From: Paragordius varius
Taxonomy: Eukaryota > Animalia > Nematomorpha
Assembly: GCA_964247055.1 (NCBI GenBank)
Contig: OZ176052.1
Location: 3,782,001 to 3,846,000 of the forward strand
DNA: 64,000 bases
Direction: 5' to 3'
In this document: positions 1-27,546 of the stretch, piece by piece
How positions within the stretch are numbered: position 1 is the first letter of the stretch
Layout of the letters: every line of letters starts with the position of its first letter
Notes under the pieces: model-generated
The model's database searches: none
Told to the model about the DNA's origin: nothing
Seen by the model: only the letters and a program-made list of their open reading frames with translations
Translations under genes and position numbers: made by a program

Positions 1-190
1 AATATTACAAATTTTTTTCTTATTAACAATACACACATGTTTTTTTAGTTTCATTAAATATTTTTACTTTATAATTTAAATTTTAGTTTATATTTTAATT
101 TTATTTTTACGTTTGACAAAGATTACTTGTAGTAATCGAAATATTATATTATAATAAATTATATAATTTTTGCTGATTGATTCCATATAT
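1..190. mobile_element. Partial internal segment of the TACCATTT MITE family
   Basis: Approximate reverse complement of the internal part (about 30355-30530) of the 30170-30620 copy, e.g. ttttacgtttgacaaagattacttgtagtaatcgaaatatt. Confidence 0.6.
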
Positions 191-530
191 ATTTATACTA
201 TCACACTTCAGCGTAAACAATATCCAATATGAAAATATATTTACCATAAAATATTGAATTATCTAAAAATTCAATAAAACTCACAATTATATCCATGATA
301 ATTTTAGTGAGACAAATATATATGTTAAAACCATATATTTTTTAACGTAATTTATCGTTTTAAATTACAAAATAAGCAAGTGTTGTAAAATTGTATTAAA
401 CATACTTTGATGTGCGACAATCGTAACCACAAAAGTTGCAATTAATAAAAAGAAAATTAAATTATATGGTTTTTATGAGAAAAAGTTTAACTTTTTATGT
501 TTCGTATCTATAATTTTGACATACTTTTTA

Positions 531-13743
<13,213 letters not shown>

Positions 13744-13996
13744 TAATAAAATTTGTGTAAAATATATATAAATTCAACGCCACACAGGATATCTTTAAAA
13801 TCAAGCAACAAATGAATTTAGACGTATATTTTTTTCATTGGTATAGCAATGAATGTATGAAAAAGGAATGTGATAGTAGTTTTTATTTTAGCTTATCTGT
13901 TGTGAGAAAATTTGTTTAAGACATCACTTCAACACCTTTTATATAGTTTTATATTCCTAAGCAATATAAATATTGAATATTTTAAAACGTAGTTTA

Positions 13997-15146
13997 CCCT
14001 TCGATTAAAATGGGGTATCTAAATACCCCAGACTAAATTTGAATTAAGATTTTTAAAAAACTACTGAAGGAAACGGTCCCAATTTAAATTTATGCTTATA
14101 TCCTAATAAAAATTATATAAATATGCCAAAATATCCAAATAAATATTTGTTTTGAAAAAAAAAATTCCATGTCAAACTACCTCGACGCCATTTTTATTTA
14201 ACAAAATTTTTGCAAAATATCGTCTTTATTTAAATTTAAGGGTAAAAAAGCTAATTTTTTATTTAACACTTGGATACAACACACTCATTTTGCCTTCGAT
14301 TCATATTGGGGTAGTTGGATACCCCAGGCCTGTTTAAAATTAAATACTTTAAGAAGTATGGAAGGAATCAAAACCATGGCAAAATTTTGCACTTATATAA
14401 CAATGATAAACCGAAATATATAAAAAAAAATTATTCAAAAATATTTGATATTACGTATTTTGAGCTAAAACCGGAATGTAAAAATTTCGTCAATGTGACA
14501 TGTTTCAAATTTTTTTAAAAAATAATACAAAATAAACCGCTTTTTCTATATCAATGTTAGATGCAATTTATACAAACAATTAGCAGTAGTTTTACCCTTA
14601 AAATTAAATGAAGACGATATTTTGCAAAAATTTTGTAAAATAAAAATGGCGTTGAAGTAGTTTGAGATGGAACTTTTTTTATAAAACCAAATTTTATCAA
14701 GATATTTTGGCATATTTATATAATATTTATCAGGATAGAAGCATAAATTTAAATTGGGACCGTTTCCTTCAGTAGTTTTTTAAAAATTTTAATTTAAATT
14801 TAGTCTGGGGTATTTAGATACCCCAATTTGAATTGAAGAATTAAATTACACCAAACATTGATAGAAATAGAAGAAGCGGTATATTTTGTATTATTTTTTA
14901 ATTTTACCATTGCACACATGTCACTTTGACTAAATTTTTACCTTTCGGTTTTAGCTTAAAATAAGTGATATCAAGTATTTTTGAATAAATTTTTTATATA
15001 TTTCGGTTTTTTAATGTGAGTGCAAAATTTTGGCATCGTTTTGATTCCTTCCATATTTTTAAAAAATTTAATTTTAAACAGGCCTGGGGAATTTGACTAC
15101 CCCAATTTAAATCGAAGGACTAAAATGAATGTGTTGTATCCAGGTG
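13997..15146 (-). mobile_element. piggyBac-like non-autonomous element (outer copy, interrupted by a sibling)
   Basis: Right end gtatccaggtg|TTAA (15147-15150), degenerate left end cccttcgatt; the two halves are the reverse complement of the 40343-40908 copy. Confidence 0.7.
14267..14840 (+). mobile_element. piggyBac-like non-autonomous element (inner copy, TTAA target duplication)
   Basis: TTAA at 14263-14266 and 14841-14844; starts cacttggatacaac; colinear with 40343-40908. Confidence 0.8.
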
Positions 15147-15770
15147 TTAAATTAAGACGAGTTCAATATCCATTTTCCTTTTAAGGTGCATAATACAAAA
15201 AAAGTTTTTATAAAATATAACTTTTCCGTAAATTTATTTTTTTTTATTTTGTTATATAGTAATATAATAGGCTGTTATATTATAGTTAGAAGATCTAAAT
15301 TTATAAATTTAGCGTTTATGTTATATACCACCAAAAACTAATAATTATTGATTTTGAATTAGCTGGTTATTTAAATTTTATTTTAGAGTTGTCCCAATTT
15401 TGGACTCTAAATATTATAATATTTAAGGAAATTATATTTTAATTACAAGAGAACAATGTTTGATGATAGAATTTTAGCTAAAATTATTTTGAAAACAGTA
15501 GTTCATTTATAAGATTGAACTCTGGTATAAAACAACCCTATTATGTCATTGTGGACATAGAAATGAAGGATCATAAAGTATTAATAATATTTTTGAAATA
15601 AAGCATTTGTTTTCCCAATTTTTTTAAATAATGTGCGCTAACTTTGCGATTTTTTGATACCGAACAATTACCAAATGCAAAACACTTTCTTATATCACTC
15701 GTAAGCCATGAAATTAAAGTGCCATGAGAATCCTGATATAATCGTTCGGTATATATATATATATATATAT

Positions 15771-17408
15771 CAGGGCTTCTTAAACTTTTGTAGTTCCCGA
15801 CCCCATTTATGATTGCGAGTTTCTTAACGACCCCAACAAATAAAAAAGAAAAATAATAATTTCTTCGAAATAACACTTAGAAATTTTGTTGATAAAATTT
15901 ATCAGGAATGAGAGATTAAAAATATATCTACATTTTTTATAAATTTCCATAACATTTGTGATTCATAGTAAATTTATACAAGATACTAGCTGGCCCTGTC
16001 ACGCTTGGGTGTGGCGTAGTCTCACCGATAATTATTCTTAATAATTTGCAATAAATAGAGTTAATGGAGATATAAAAAATAATAATAAACATATTTAATA
16101 AGAAGAATGTCTTTAATTATTCTTTTACGGGTTTTTGCAAAGGCTGAAATACTGTTTACTCGAATTTGACCATATTAAATCTGTCCCTTATTAAATATTT
16201 AACAATCATTGGATTAATTTTAAGATTTTCGTTTTACGAAGTCATGGTTAAAAGTTTTAATTTGAAATTGTGTTCATACAGCTGGGATCAAGGATATAAA
16301 AAGTAAATCATTTGTGGTCCCTTTTTAAAAGAAAGAATGATATTATACTAATTCCACTGAAATGTGTTTAACTGAACTCATATGGCTTCTTAAGTTTCTT
16401 GAAAATCAGCTCCAAAACCACGCCATTTTTGTATGGCGTCTCAGTTTTAAACCGATAGGCCCCTACCCATTTGCCTTTATAGGGCAAATATTCGGAATCA
16501 TCTTTGATACCATCGTCTCATGGGTTATTCGAAAAAATACCTCAACACTAAATAATCGTTATATGATGGCGTTTTAGGTCATAAAGGCCCCAAATTAACG
16601 GCTAATAAAAGAACCCGACCTTAATTTTTACCTAGTTACAGGTAATATTAGCTTTTAATGAGCTCACATGGCTTCATAAATTTTCTGTGAATTAGCTCCA
16701 AAACATTGCAATTTCTATATAGTGGCGCAATTTTAGCGGCTATCTGTTTACCCAGCAGCCAATATTAAAAAAACGCAAGACTAAAATTTTTTCCTTTTAA
16801 CAGAGAATAACTCGAATCCTCAGTAAATTTTAACGGTCTTATACCCTGGGCAAAAAATTATTTAGTTTTTTTTTGAAAAAATGGCATTTTACGGGGGGAA
16901 CGGGTAAAAAGAGAGCCTAAATTAAAAAAAGTAAGCCGAGTAGGTTCGAAGCAATCAAAAAAAAGTAAAAATAATCATATTTGAAATCGAATAGTCCAAC
17001 ACGTTTTCCGGAAAATTGTCAAAGACTCGATTTTTTTTGACTCGTGTTTTCAAAAAAAACCGTTTAACTGGGAGTCTAATTCAAAAAAGGCGAAGCTATT
17101 GTCGGGGCATTCATTAATGATTGCATTTTTTTTGACACTTGGATTTGAATGGGTCTACCGGTTTTCCGGAAACAGATCACAAAGCCAGCATTTTTTATTT
17201 TTATAAATATATAGATTATAATGATCGGAATAGATGCTGGTATAAACAGCCTTTCCGAATTAGAAAATTTTATGATATATTTATCTGCGATGAATGTTAT
17301 TTTATAACAATAATTTTACATGTTAAATTGTATTTTTATCACTCGCGACCCCATAATTTTGCTACGCGACGCCAAATGGGATCGCGATCCATAGTTTAAG
17401 AAGCCCTG
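15771..17408. mobile_element. hAT (Buster/Charlie-type) non-autonomous element
   Basis: TIRs cagggcttcttaaac...gtttaagaagccctg; 8-bp flank atatatat on both sides; subterminal gcgacccc motifs. Confidence 0.85.
15986..17215 (-). mobile_element. Non-autonomous Helitron nested in the hAT element
   Basis: Minus strand A|TCTATATAT 5' end and GC-rich segment + CTAG|T 3' end, no TSD. Excision restores caagata+ttataatgatcgg, the empty site seen in the sister hAT near 51884-51903. Confidence 0.8.
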
Positions 17409-18469
17409 ATATATATATATTTAATCCTAATTTTTTATACTTCGATTATGGACGCATTGTTATGCAATTTTTTATTACAAGGTGCGGCAAAAAGGGGATC
17501 AAAGAGAAATATTAAATCATATAGTTTTTGATTAATGAAATAGTTAACGAGAGAGTTAAATTTTTTACTTGCCATTAGGTATTGAAGAGAAAATACAACT
17601 AAATTTTATTTGTCTCACCATCGTAATAAACCTAAACGCAAAATAATTCTGATAATGATTTTTTATTTTTTGAGAAGGAATCGCTTTGGCATTAAATGTG
17701 AATCTAATGCATATAAATTCTAATATCTATCTGGTACTCTTGGTGATTTTAGTTTTAGTCCTTACAGGTGTTTTAAGAAGGTTGCTTATATAATAATTTC
17801 TCGATGATATCGAAAAATCGCAAAGTTAGTGCACATTATCTATAATAAAAAAATTTGAATGCTAAACACTGTGCTTTCCTTAAAAATTAAAAAACTATAT
17901 CATACAAGATGTCACGCCTCGCTGTGACTCATAACCGATAACTATTGTAATAAATTTTTGAATAAATGAGAAAATGGACTTAACCCTAATATTTCACTAA
18001 AAAGTATGCCTAATTATAAATTTTGCATCAAATATTGTACGTATTACACGAAATCGGCCATATTAAAACTGCCCCTTATTATAACTATTCAACTAGGATT
18101 TTATTTTTTAGATTTGTTTTACAAAATATTGGTCAAATGTTTTTTATGTAATTTTTATAAGATGGGAGAAATCAAAGGATATAAATAGAAAATTATTTGT
18201 GATCCCATTTACGAAGGAAAGTATGTGTATATGACTATACGAATCCCAAAAATGTGTTTTATACGATACGATATCTTTTAATGGCATGTGATACAGATAT
18301 CCAGCAATCTTTTACCCTTAAAGTTAAGTGACAATATTTAGGGAACAAATATTATGGTAAATGTATCAATTATATCAAACAGCATTATCTATTCAGCTCA
18401 AGTTAATATTTTCAATTTTCCATTTTTTTGTTATTTTTTGGTTTATATGACCACCCGCTTGTCGGGCTT

Positions 18470-19330
18470 TGCTGACCCCTGGCTTTACATGTTATTCAGT
18501 TAATAAAAATAAATGTCTTGAATACAAAGGTTTAGCCTTCTGCTATTTAATAAATTCGTATAAAGCTGATTTTCGCCCATTAAAGGATTATTATAAAAGT
18601 AAAATTTCGCTCATGTTTTTCTTGAGGCAGTCGCGATGAATTACAATTTTGTGCGTATCAAATGACATCATATCGATTGAGGTTTCAAATAAGAGCATAA
18701 ATTATATTTTAATGAAATAGGTCCCACAACTGCATTATAATAGACCTTTTGTAAAATTATGGAAATGGACATCAAGTTCAGCGATATCACATAAATAAAA
18801 TATATTTGCAAAATTTGTGATGACTTTCTTGAACTGAAGGAAGAGGCTATCTTTATGATAGATTAACACTTAAACTTTAAAGGTAGAATCGTTTAGAATT
18901 ATTTTAGCTCCAAGCGATGTCAAAGGTGTAATTAAATCCTTTTTTAAAAAAACAATATGTTAAGCATCGGATGTAACTCCTGCTAACAAATTTTAACAGG
19001 GAATGTGAATATTGAAAGTTAGCAAATAATATTCGAGGCACAACATAATCCTATTGATTCATTTTTATAACTCAAAGGATTATAATTAAAACAATACTCA
19101 TTTTACCAATAACTTGTTTGCTTGAACTATCTAGAATTATATGGTCCACGTGCATGTATGTATCTAGCTAGACGTTGTCGATTTATAGCTTTTTTGTAGG
19201 TAAATGTGCGTCAACATCATTAGTGTTCAAATGATAAATGGATTTTTAATACTAAATATTCCTAGGTGGCCGCGGGAAATTTTCTCCCAAAAAAGTAGCC
19301 GGCAGGAAAAAAGGTTGGCCAACCCTTGCT
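18470..19330 (+). mobile_element. Decayed hAT (Buster/SPIN-like) 3' remnant
   Basis: Ends gccggcaggaaaaaaggttggccaacccttg, resembling a hAT right terminus; only a degenerate STYxCE-like trace, no intact ORF. Confidence 0.4.
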
Positions 19331-19735
19331 CTATATAATACGCAACTATTTAAAAATAATGTGGCTTACACAGTTTTTTTAAACACAGACCAATATGAAT
19401 TCAATAATCATATTTCCGTAGCAAAAATTTTATCAGAGAGCAATTTTTATTGACTCGTGGGTTTAGCTCTATCCGATGTGTAATTACTGAGTATTAATTT
19501 CAACCGTATTAATCCATATGTTTTTCGTTCTACTTCAATGAATGTGATTTGGTTCGTAAACGTTCTCTATGATTTTTTTAGATATAAACAACAAAGTGTG
19601 AGAAAGTATTTTAATATTAAAATTAATACATTCTTGCAAGGGTATTTTTTATTTTTAGTTTATATTAAAAAAACACCGATGCCATTTTATCAGGTAGGTT
19701 AAGTATCAATTCAGATTTCACTGATGTTATATACC

Positions 19736-22700
19736 TAAGGTGACCAGATTTTTTGAAGGAAAAAGCGGGACAAATCTGAGAAGGGGGGGGGGGTCATTGG
19801 GGGGTACAACCAAAAATTTTTATACAAAAAAACTATTGTAATATTTATTTATTTTTAACACAAATACATTATAAATATAAAAAAATATGTACTTTACAGG
19901 TTGTTTGTACCTTATTCAATAAATTTAATGCACGAACAAAGGGTGAAGTGATTGTAATATTCTAGAAAAAATAATAAAGACGAAATCATCACAAAGTGCG
20001 CTGGGTGATGCAAGAAGCGGCACAAAAAATATTTTTAACAATTTAGCGAATAATCTTAATCAAAACATTATTGGTAGATACACAACGCTATTCAAACAGC
20101 TACTGATTTGTTACCCCTGGATGTGGAAAATATAGATGCTAAAATGCTTAGATATTGTAGAACTGTTGGTTAGCTCTTTTGCCAGCGATTGAAATATTTA
20201 TAAAAATGTGATCTCCTAGAATCCTATTTTTTATCACAGGAGAAAGGTCAAAATTCCAAGTCAAAAAAGGTTAGAAAATAATTTTATACCATTACTTAAT
20301 CGCAATATTATAAAGCATCTAGAAAAACAAGGCTCAATTAATAGCCAGAATATAAAAATGTTTTATACAGACAGAAACGATTATTTGGAAGACAAGACGG
20401 TGCACAATGACACTTTTTTATGAAGTCTCATTGTTAAATAAATATATTGAATGAAAACTTATATTATGGACAACAGAAAAAAATACGTAGGATAGAAATG
20501 GTTAATAATCATTTTTAAACAAATTATGTTCCATACAATAATATTTTAATTGTAGAATTTGCATTATCTTTAGCTGAACCACTTCTATTAAACGCATTTT
20601 TCCACAGTAAATTAAGTAAGAACAAGGAATCAAATTTAAATGTTGAACAAGTGCCATTTTATGTGTTTAAATATAATTTGACAAATTATGAAGACTTATA
20701 CAATATTTTAAGATTTTTGTTTATTTTTTAACATAAAAACTTTATAAATATAAGAAAATATTTTTTTCTTTGGTATATTTTTTGTTTGAGTGAATGCGTT
20801 TTAGCAGATTGTCATCATTTTTTAAAATATTGTAGAAGTCTTCACAAGAATTTGTCCAATTATATTTGACAGATCAAACTTTAAAGGTTCAACATTTAAA
20901 TTTGATTTTTCCGATGTCCACACCTGATTTACTGTGGAAAAAACGCGCTCAGTAGCAGCGTTGGTTCCAGGTAAAGATAGTGAAAATTCCACAATTTTTT
21001 AAATATTATTGTATGTAATATAGTTGGCTTCAAAATGTGGAATATTTCCAACCATTTCTTTTCTACTGTTTTGTCCATAATTTAAGTTTTTCATTATTAA
21101 TATATCTTTTAACTAAGAATTTTTGGGAACAGATATAATCAAATGATTTTTGAACATCGCACCAATTAAATTCTGGTTTTAATGATATCCAATGAAAATG
21201 ATCAATTTCATTGAATTGCGTCGTCCAGTCTTCCAAATAATCTTTACAGTTTGTATAAAACATTTTTATAAGGTACAGGATATCTTGGAGCGATTTATTA
21301 AGCCTTGTTTTTCTAAATTATTTATATTGCGGATGGTTAATAATATAAAATTATTTTCTAACCTTTCTTGACATTGGAATCAGGTTCTAACTTAATTGAC
21401 TAATTCGATTGCCGAAATTTTGTCACCTCCTACCAATTTAATAACATTTGAAAGAGAGAAGATTAATTATGTAGGGACTCTAACCATATTTTTGAAGAAT
21501 CACTTTCAAAAAACTTTTCCAAAGTTGTAGGACATTTGTTCTGTGATAAAAAATAGGATTTTATAAGATCATACATTTTTAAAATTCTTTCGATAGCTGG
21601 CAGAAGAGCTAACCAACGAGTTTTACAATATCCAAGCATTTTTTGATATTGAACTTCTGCATTTTCACAGAATTCCTTAAGCGTTTCAACGCGTACCCTG
21701 TATATATAAAAAAGATATATATTTTAATAACTAAATTTTCCACATCTAGGGGTAACAAATCAGTAGCTGTTTGAATAGCGTTGTGTAAATGCGCTGCACA
21801 CCCAACGCCAATAATGTTTTGATTAAGATTATCTGTAATTTATGAAAAATATTTTTTGTTCCCCTCCTTGCTTTTCCACCGAAGTTCGTAATGGTATCAG
21901 CGCAATATGCGATGATTTTGTCTTTTAAATTATTATTATCTTAAAATATTCATTATTGAAGTAAAACTTATTTCGGAATTTACACCGGGTAGCGAAATAA
22001 AATCTAAATTAATTACTCCAGTTTCTTTATCAAAATATCTTATTAAAGTGGGAAATAATTATGTTTCCTTATGAGATGCATCAAAGTATAGCGATATGAA
22101 ATTAATTTTCAGCAAATCTTTTTGTACTTCAGAAAATGCATGTGGCGAAAGGACATTGCATATAATGGCTTCAGCCCTTGTACGGGCACATGTAAATTTA
22201 TTGAATAAGGTGCAAATAACCTGTGAGGTACAGTCCATAGATCTGAAGGAATGATTGCGATTAACGGCGTGAAAAGATAACACGCCCTCAGCTAGTGCCA
22301 AATTCTTTTCTTCCTCTCCAAAAGCGGTTTTTCGAAAAAAATTCATTTTGTAAGATGATGCCCCCATATCTAAACATTTTTCATGTTTCTGTGTTTCCAT
22401 ATGCTTTGTAATATCATGCTTGCCGCCATGTGCAAGGGTGAATTCCCCCTCGCATATAAGACATTTAAGATGATTCATTCTTCGTTTTTTTGATAAAAAG
22501 AAAATCTTTCATTAATTCATCGTTGAATTTACAACCTCTTTTTGTGCTCATATTTATAAACTACTATTAGTATAATAAATATTATATTACCTTAATTTTC
22601 TGGAATAGTGTAAGGTACCGATTTGTAGTATCAATTTGTCTTTTAAGCTACCGATTTGTGGTATTAATTTGGCTTTTTAATAATGTTGGCAAGTAAAACA

Positions 22701-23242
22701 ACTAAAATATTAGTATAATAAATATTATATTATCTTAAATTTTCTGGAATAAACGTGTGAGGTACCGATTTGTGGTATCAATTTGTCTTTTAAGCTACCG
22801 ATTTATGGTATTAATTTGGTATTTTGATATGTTAGCAAGTAATAAAACTAAAATATTAGTATAGTAAATATTATATTACCTTAATTTTCTGAAATAAACG
22901 TATAAGCTACCGATTTGTTAATCTAGACATTTGTGGTGTTAACTTGGCTTTTTGATAATGATGACAGTAGTAGTGGGAAGCAAAGTGTATAATCATATGA
23001 TATAAATTCGAAAAAAATAAATATTTTAATTTAAAAATAAAAAATTTTAATTTAAAATTGAATAGATTTTACAGATATTTAATGATAAAAAATTTAAACG
23101 GATAAAAAAATTTATTTGTATTAAAAAATTTTTTTTTATATAATCGTGAAAAAGCGGGACATTTTAAAAACGTAGCGGGACGCGGGACAAAGTGTGAAAA
23201 AGCGGGACTGTCCCGCCAAAAGCGGGACATTTGGTCACCTTA
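19736..23242 (-). mobile_element. hAT transposon, Blackjack-type ends, defective transposase
   Basis: TIR taaggtgacca...tggtcacctta; 8-bp TSD TATATACC both sides; frameshifted minus-strand transposase (zinc-finger-like CLICEGEF..HMETQKH, GTNAATERVF); GCGGGAC subterminal repeats; about 135-bp tandem repeats at 22570-22980. Confidence 0.92.
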
Positions 23243-24004
23243 TATATACCATGTAAATTTGGACAATGATAAAAAATTATAATCACATATTTACCAGGTT
23301 ATTTTTCAAAAATGTAACTAACTTTACAAACATGGTTTTAAACAAGGTATAATCCTCTGATGTTATTTAGTCATTGAAAATGAATATGGATCACTGTATA
23401 CAAATATGAGAATAATAACTCTTTCGAACTTTTACATGGGCGGGTCGGAAATGATGGGTTAATCGTAAAGAGGACCGAGTCACTAACGCGCTTTAGTACA
23501 CGGACACGATTTAAACTGAATGGGCCCCCACGTTTTCCGGAAAGGTCTTTCATACCTAAAATTTTAGTGATATGCATTTTTCAAAAAACCTGCTTTTTAT
23601 GAAGGGGGGGGGGGGGCAAAATGAGTGTCTAATTTAAAAAAATAGTCGTTTTCGGCGATTCATAAATCCTTAAATAATTTTTACCTTGGAATTTGTTTGA
23701 GCCTATACTTTTTTCCCAAACGTATGCACATCTTATTTTAATAAATATATAGATTTTTGTATTAAATTTAAAATTTTAGCCACAGGTTCTCGCAAATTTT
23801 TTACCCCTCTAAAATTGTCTAATTTTCTTAAACAAACGCATATATGCCGAGATGGCGCGATAATAATTTTAAATATATCATTATGACATCAAAGTTTTTT
23901 GATAAAATTGAGAAAAAATTTATAGCAAGTTTTTGTATTTTCGCATGAGGGAAATAGCATTAATAATTCTTACAGGGGTGTCCAACATTTAATGCCTTCT
24001 TGGG

Positions 24005-26245
24005 TAAGGTGACCAGATTTTTTGAAAAAAGCGGGACAAATCTGAGAAAGGGGGAGTACAACCAAAATTTTTTATACAAAAAATTTATTGTAATATTTAT
24101 TTATTTTTTACCCAAATACATTATAAATATAAAAAAATATTTTATTCTTTGGTATATTTTTTATTTAAGTGGCGTTTAGCATATTGTCATTATTTTATAA
24201 AATATTGTAGAAGTCTTCACAAGAATTTGTCGAATTATATTTGACTGATAAAATGGCTTTTAAAGTTTCTACATTTAAATATGATTTTTCCTATGTCCAC
24301 ACCTGATTTACTGTGGAATAAACGCGCTCAGTAGCAGCGTTGGTTTCAAATAAGAATAGTGTAAATTCCACAATTTTTAAAATATTATCGTATGGAACAT
24401 AGTTTGTTTTTTCTACTGTATTTTTTTTCTGTTGTCCAATAATTTAAGTTTTCATTATTAATATAAACTAATAATACTTCGGAAAAAAGATCTTTTTTGA
24501 AAGATTACTTTTTGAGAATTTTTGGGAGCAGATATAATCAAATGATTTTTGTACATCGCACCAATTACATTCTGATTTTAATGTTATCCAATAAAAATGA
24601 TCAATTTCATTGAATTGCGTCGTCCAGTCTTCCAAATAATCTTTACAGTTTGTATAAAACATTTTATATGGACAGGATATCTTGGCGATTTATTAAGCCT
24701 TGTTTTTTTAAATTATTATTATATTGCGGATGGTTAATGGTATAAAATTATTCTAACCGTTCTTGGCATTAGAATTTTAGGTTACTAACTTCATTGGCTA
24801 CTTCGATTGCCGAAATTTTGTCACCTTCTATAAATTTAATAACATTTTGAAAGAGAGAAGCTTGATTATGTAAGAATTTTAACCATATTTTTGAAGAATC
24901 ACTTTCAAAAAACTTTTTTAAAGTTGTAGGACACTTGTCCTGTGATAAAAAAAAGATTTTAAAGGATCATACATTTTTAAAATTCTTTCGATAGCTGGCA
25001 TAAAAGCTAACCAACGAGTTTTACAATATCTATGCATTTTTTGAAATTGAACTTCTACATTTTCACAGAATTCTTTAAGCGTTTCAACACGCACCGTGTA
25101 TATATAAAAATGGGATTATATTTTAACAACTACATTTTCCACATCTAGGGGTAACGAATCAGCAGCTGTGTTAATAGCGTTGTGTATTATGTGCGCTGCA
25201 CACCCAACGCCAATAATGTTTTGATTAAGATTATCTGCTAATTTAGGAGAAATATTTTTTGTTCCCTTCCTTGCTTTTACCGAAGTTCGTATTGATGTTG
25301 TCAGCGCAATATGCGATGAATATGTTTTTTGAATTATTTTTTTTTTAGAATATTCATTATTGAAGTAAAAATTATGTCGGAATTTTCACCGGGTAGAGAA
25401 ATAAAATCTAAAATTTTCGCAATCATTCCTTTAAATCTATGGATTGTACCTCACAGGTTATTCGTACCTTATTCAATAAAAAATTTACATGTGCCCGTAC
25501 AAAGGCTGAAGCCATTGTATGCAATGTCCTTTCGCCACATGCATTTTCTGAAATACAAAAAGATTTGCTGAAAATTAATTTCATATCGCTATACTCTGAT
25601 GCATCAAATCACAAGGAAAGAAAATTATTTCCCAGTTTAATAAGATATTTTGTTCCAGAAACCGGATTAAAAATTTAAATTTTAGATTTTATTTCTCTAC
25701 CCGGTAATTCCGACATAATTTTTACTTCAATAATGAATATTCTAGAAAAAAATAATTTAAAAGACAAAATCATCGCATATTGCGCTGACAACACCGATAC
25801 GAACTTCGGTGGAAGAGCAAGGAGAAACATATTATTCATAAAGTAGCAAATAATCTTAATCAAAACATTGGCGTTGGGTGTGCAGCATATAATACACAAC
25901 GCTATTAAAACAGCTTCTGATTTGTTACCCCTAGATGTGAAAAATGTAGTTGTTAAAATATATTACTATTTTTATGTTTACAGGGTACGCGTTGAAACGC
26001 TTAAGAAATTGTATGAAAATGCAGAATATATCAAAAAATGCTTGGTAAAACTGGTTGGTTAGCTTTTCGGCCAGCTATCGAAATAATGATTCTTCAAAAT
26101 CCCATTTTTTATTACAGGACAATTGCCTTAGAATTTGGAAAAGTTTTTTGAAAGTGATTCTTCAAAAATATGATTAGAGTTCCTACATAATCAAGCTTCT
26201 CTCTTTCAAAATGTTATTAAATTGATAGAAGGTGACAAAATTTCC
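24005..26245. mobile_element. Truncated, rearranged copy of the same hAT family
   Basis: Left TIR taaggtgaccagat at 24005; transposase on minus strand about 24190-25415, then on plus strand about 25416-26245; no right TIR found. Confidence 0.85.
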
Positions 26246-27546
26246 TGTTATTTATAAATATTTTTTGTGAAACACAACTTATATTTAACCTTAATTTGAA
26301 TATCAAGTAATATTTAAAACAAAGATCCGAGGTGACGAAAATGTTCAGCATCATTGACCGGCTTACTGTTTTTTTACCCTTTCAAACATACTCATACCAT
26401 AAAACTCGCTTTCACAAAAATTTTTCTCTTAATTAAATTTAAGCAAAATATTCATTTTTCAGAATTTTTTGAATTTAATATAAATTATGTTTTTTCTATT
26501 TATGACATAATTTAATGATATTTGTTGACAAAAAAAAATTTGATATATATAAGGTGCTCAAATTTTGCGATTTTTCGATATGGTTACTACAAAAGTGATA
26601 ATAACTTTATAAAATTATTCGTATCCTAAAACCAAAAGCACCACTAAATATATATACATATGTATGTATGTATATTTAATCAGGATATTTGTTTATACCC
26701 CGTAAACCGGAATATTAATCCCACTGATGATGATTATATAATTAAATTTTTTGGTAAAAGCTAAAACTTCGAATGCAATCCAATTTACACATGGCTCCAA
26801 AAGTCTTAAAGAGCCGCTAAAATGAGCCAGTTAGTTTTCCCAAATTAAAATCGCGCAATATTTTTTATGATAAAAATCTAATTATTTTTGCTGGAAGCAA
26901 TTTCAAGACATTTGGTCAAGGTTAGCGCATGAAGGCATTTTTAAAAATATTAAAAACAGTCGGTCAAATTGGGGATTTTCTATACTAATATTTTATAGAT
27001 CAGCAAAAATGTCAATTTGGTTCATACACCTTACATCTCAATAATTAATATATCAAATCGAAATTTAATTCGCTTACACTAAAGATCAATTTTGTGGTTG
27101 AAAAAATTAGTATATTATCTATTTTTATTAGTTATTTAGCACCGGATTACCCTCTAAAGTATAAAAAAACTTAAAAAAACTTAATTTATGATAAAAAATA
27201 TGCAAAACTCAATCTCAAACGATTTACCGTTAAATTTTATAAAAGAGAAAACTTTCAAATAATTATAATCTAACATTTGTAAATATAATTCGAGTTTGGA
27301 AGCTTAAATGTGCAAGACTTTTGTTTTATAATTAAAATTTTTATTAAAATAGAAAAATAACTATATTAGAAGATTTTTAAGTAATTAAACTTTAGGGATA
27401 TAATTTATTAAATATTCTTATTTATATGTAATAAAGTAAGTTATATCGTTATCAGCCAATTTATTGAAATTTAAAAAATTAGGTATTACAAAACTAATAA
27501 ATAATTTATTTTAAATATTTTACATATAATTATTGCAAAAAAATAA

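Noticed and set aside
14152-14518. ORFs at 14152, 14315 and the similar one at 40405
   Set aside because: Read-through of piggyBac-like MITE sequence; similarity reflects the repeat, not a gene family.
23370-23753. Possible Helitron 5' end (ataaatatataga|t)
   Set aside because: No matching hairpin/CTAG end and little similarity to the three supported Helitrons.
25329-25899. Apparent separate ORFs ending IFIIEVKIMSE..GREIKSKI on both strands
   Set aside because: Antisense translations of the inverted hAT transposase arms.
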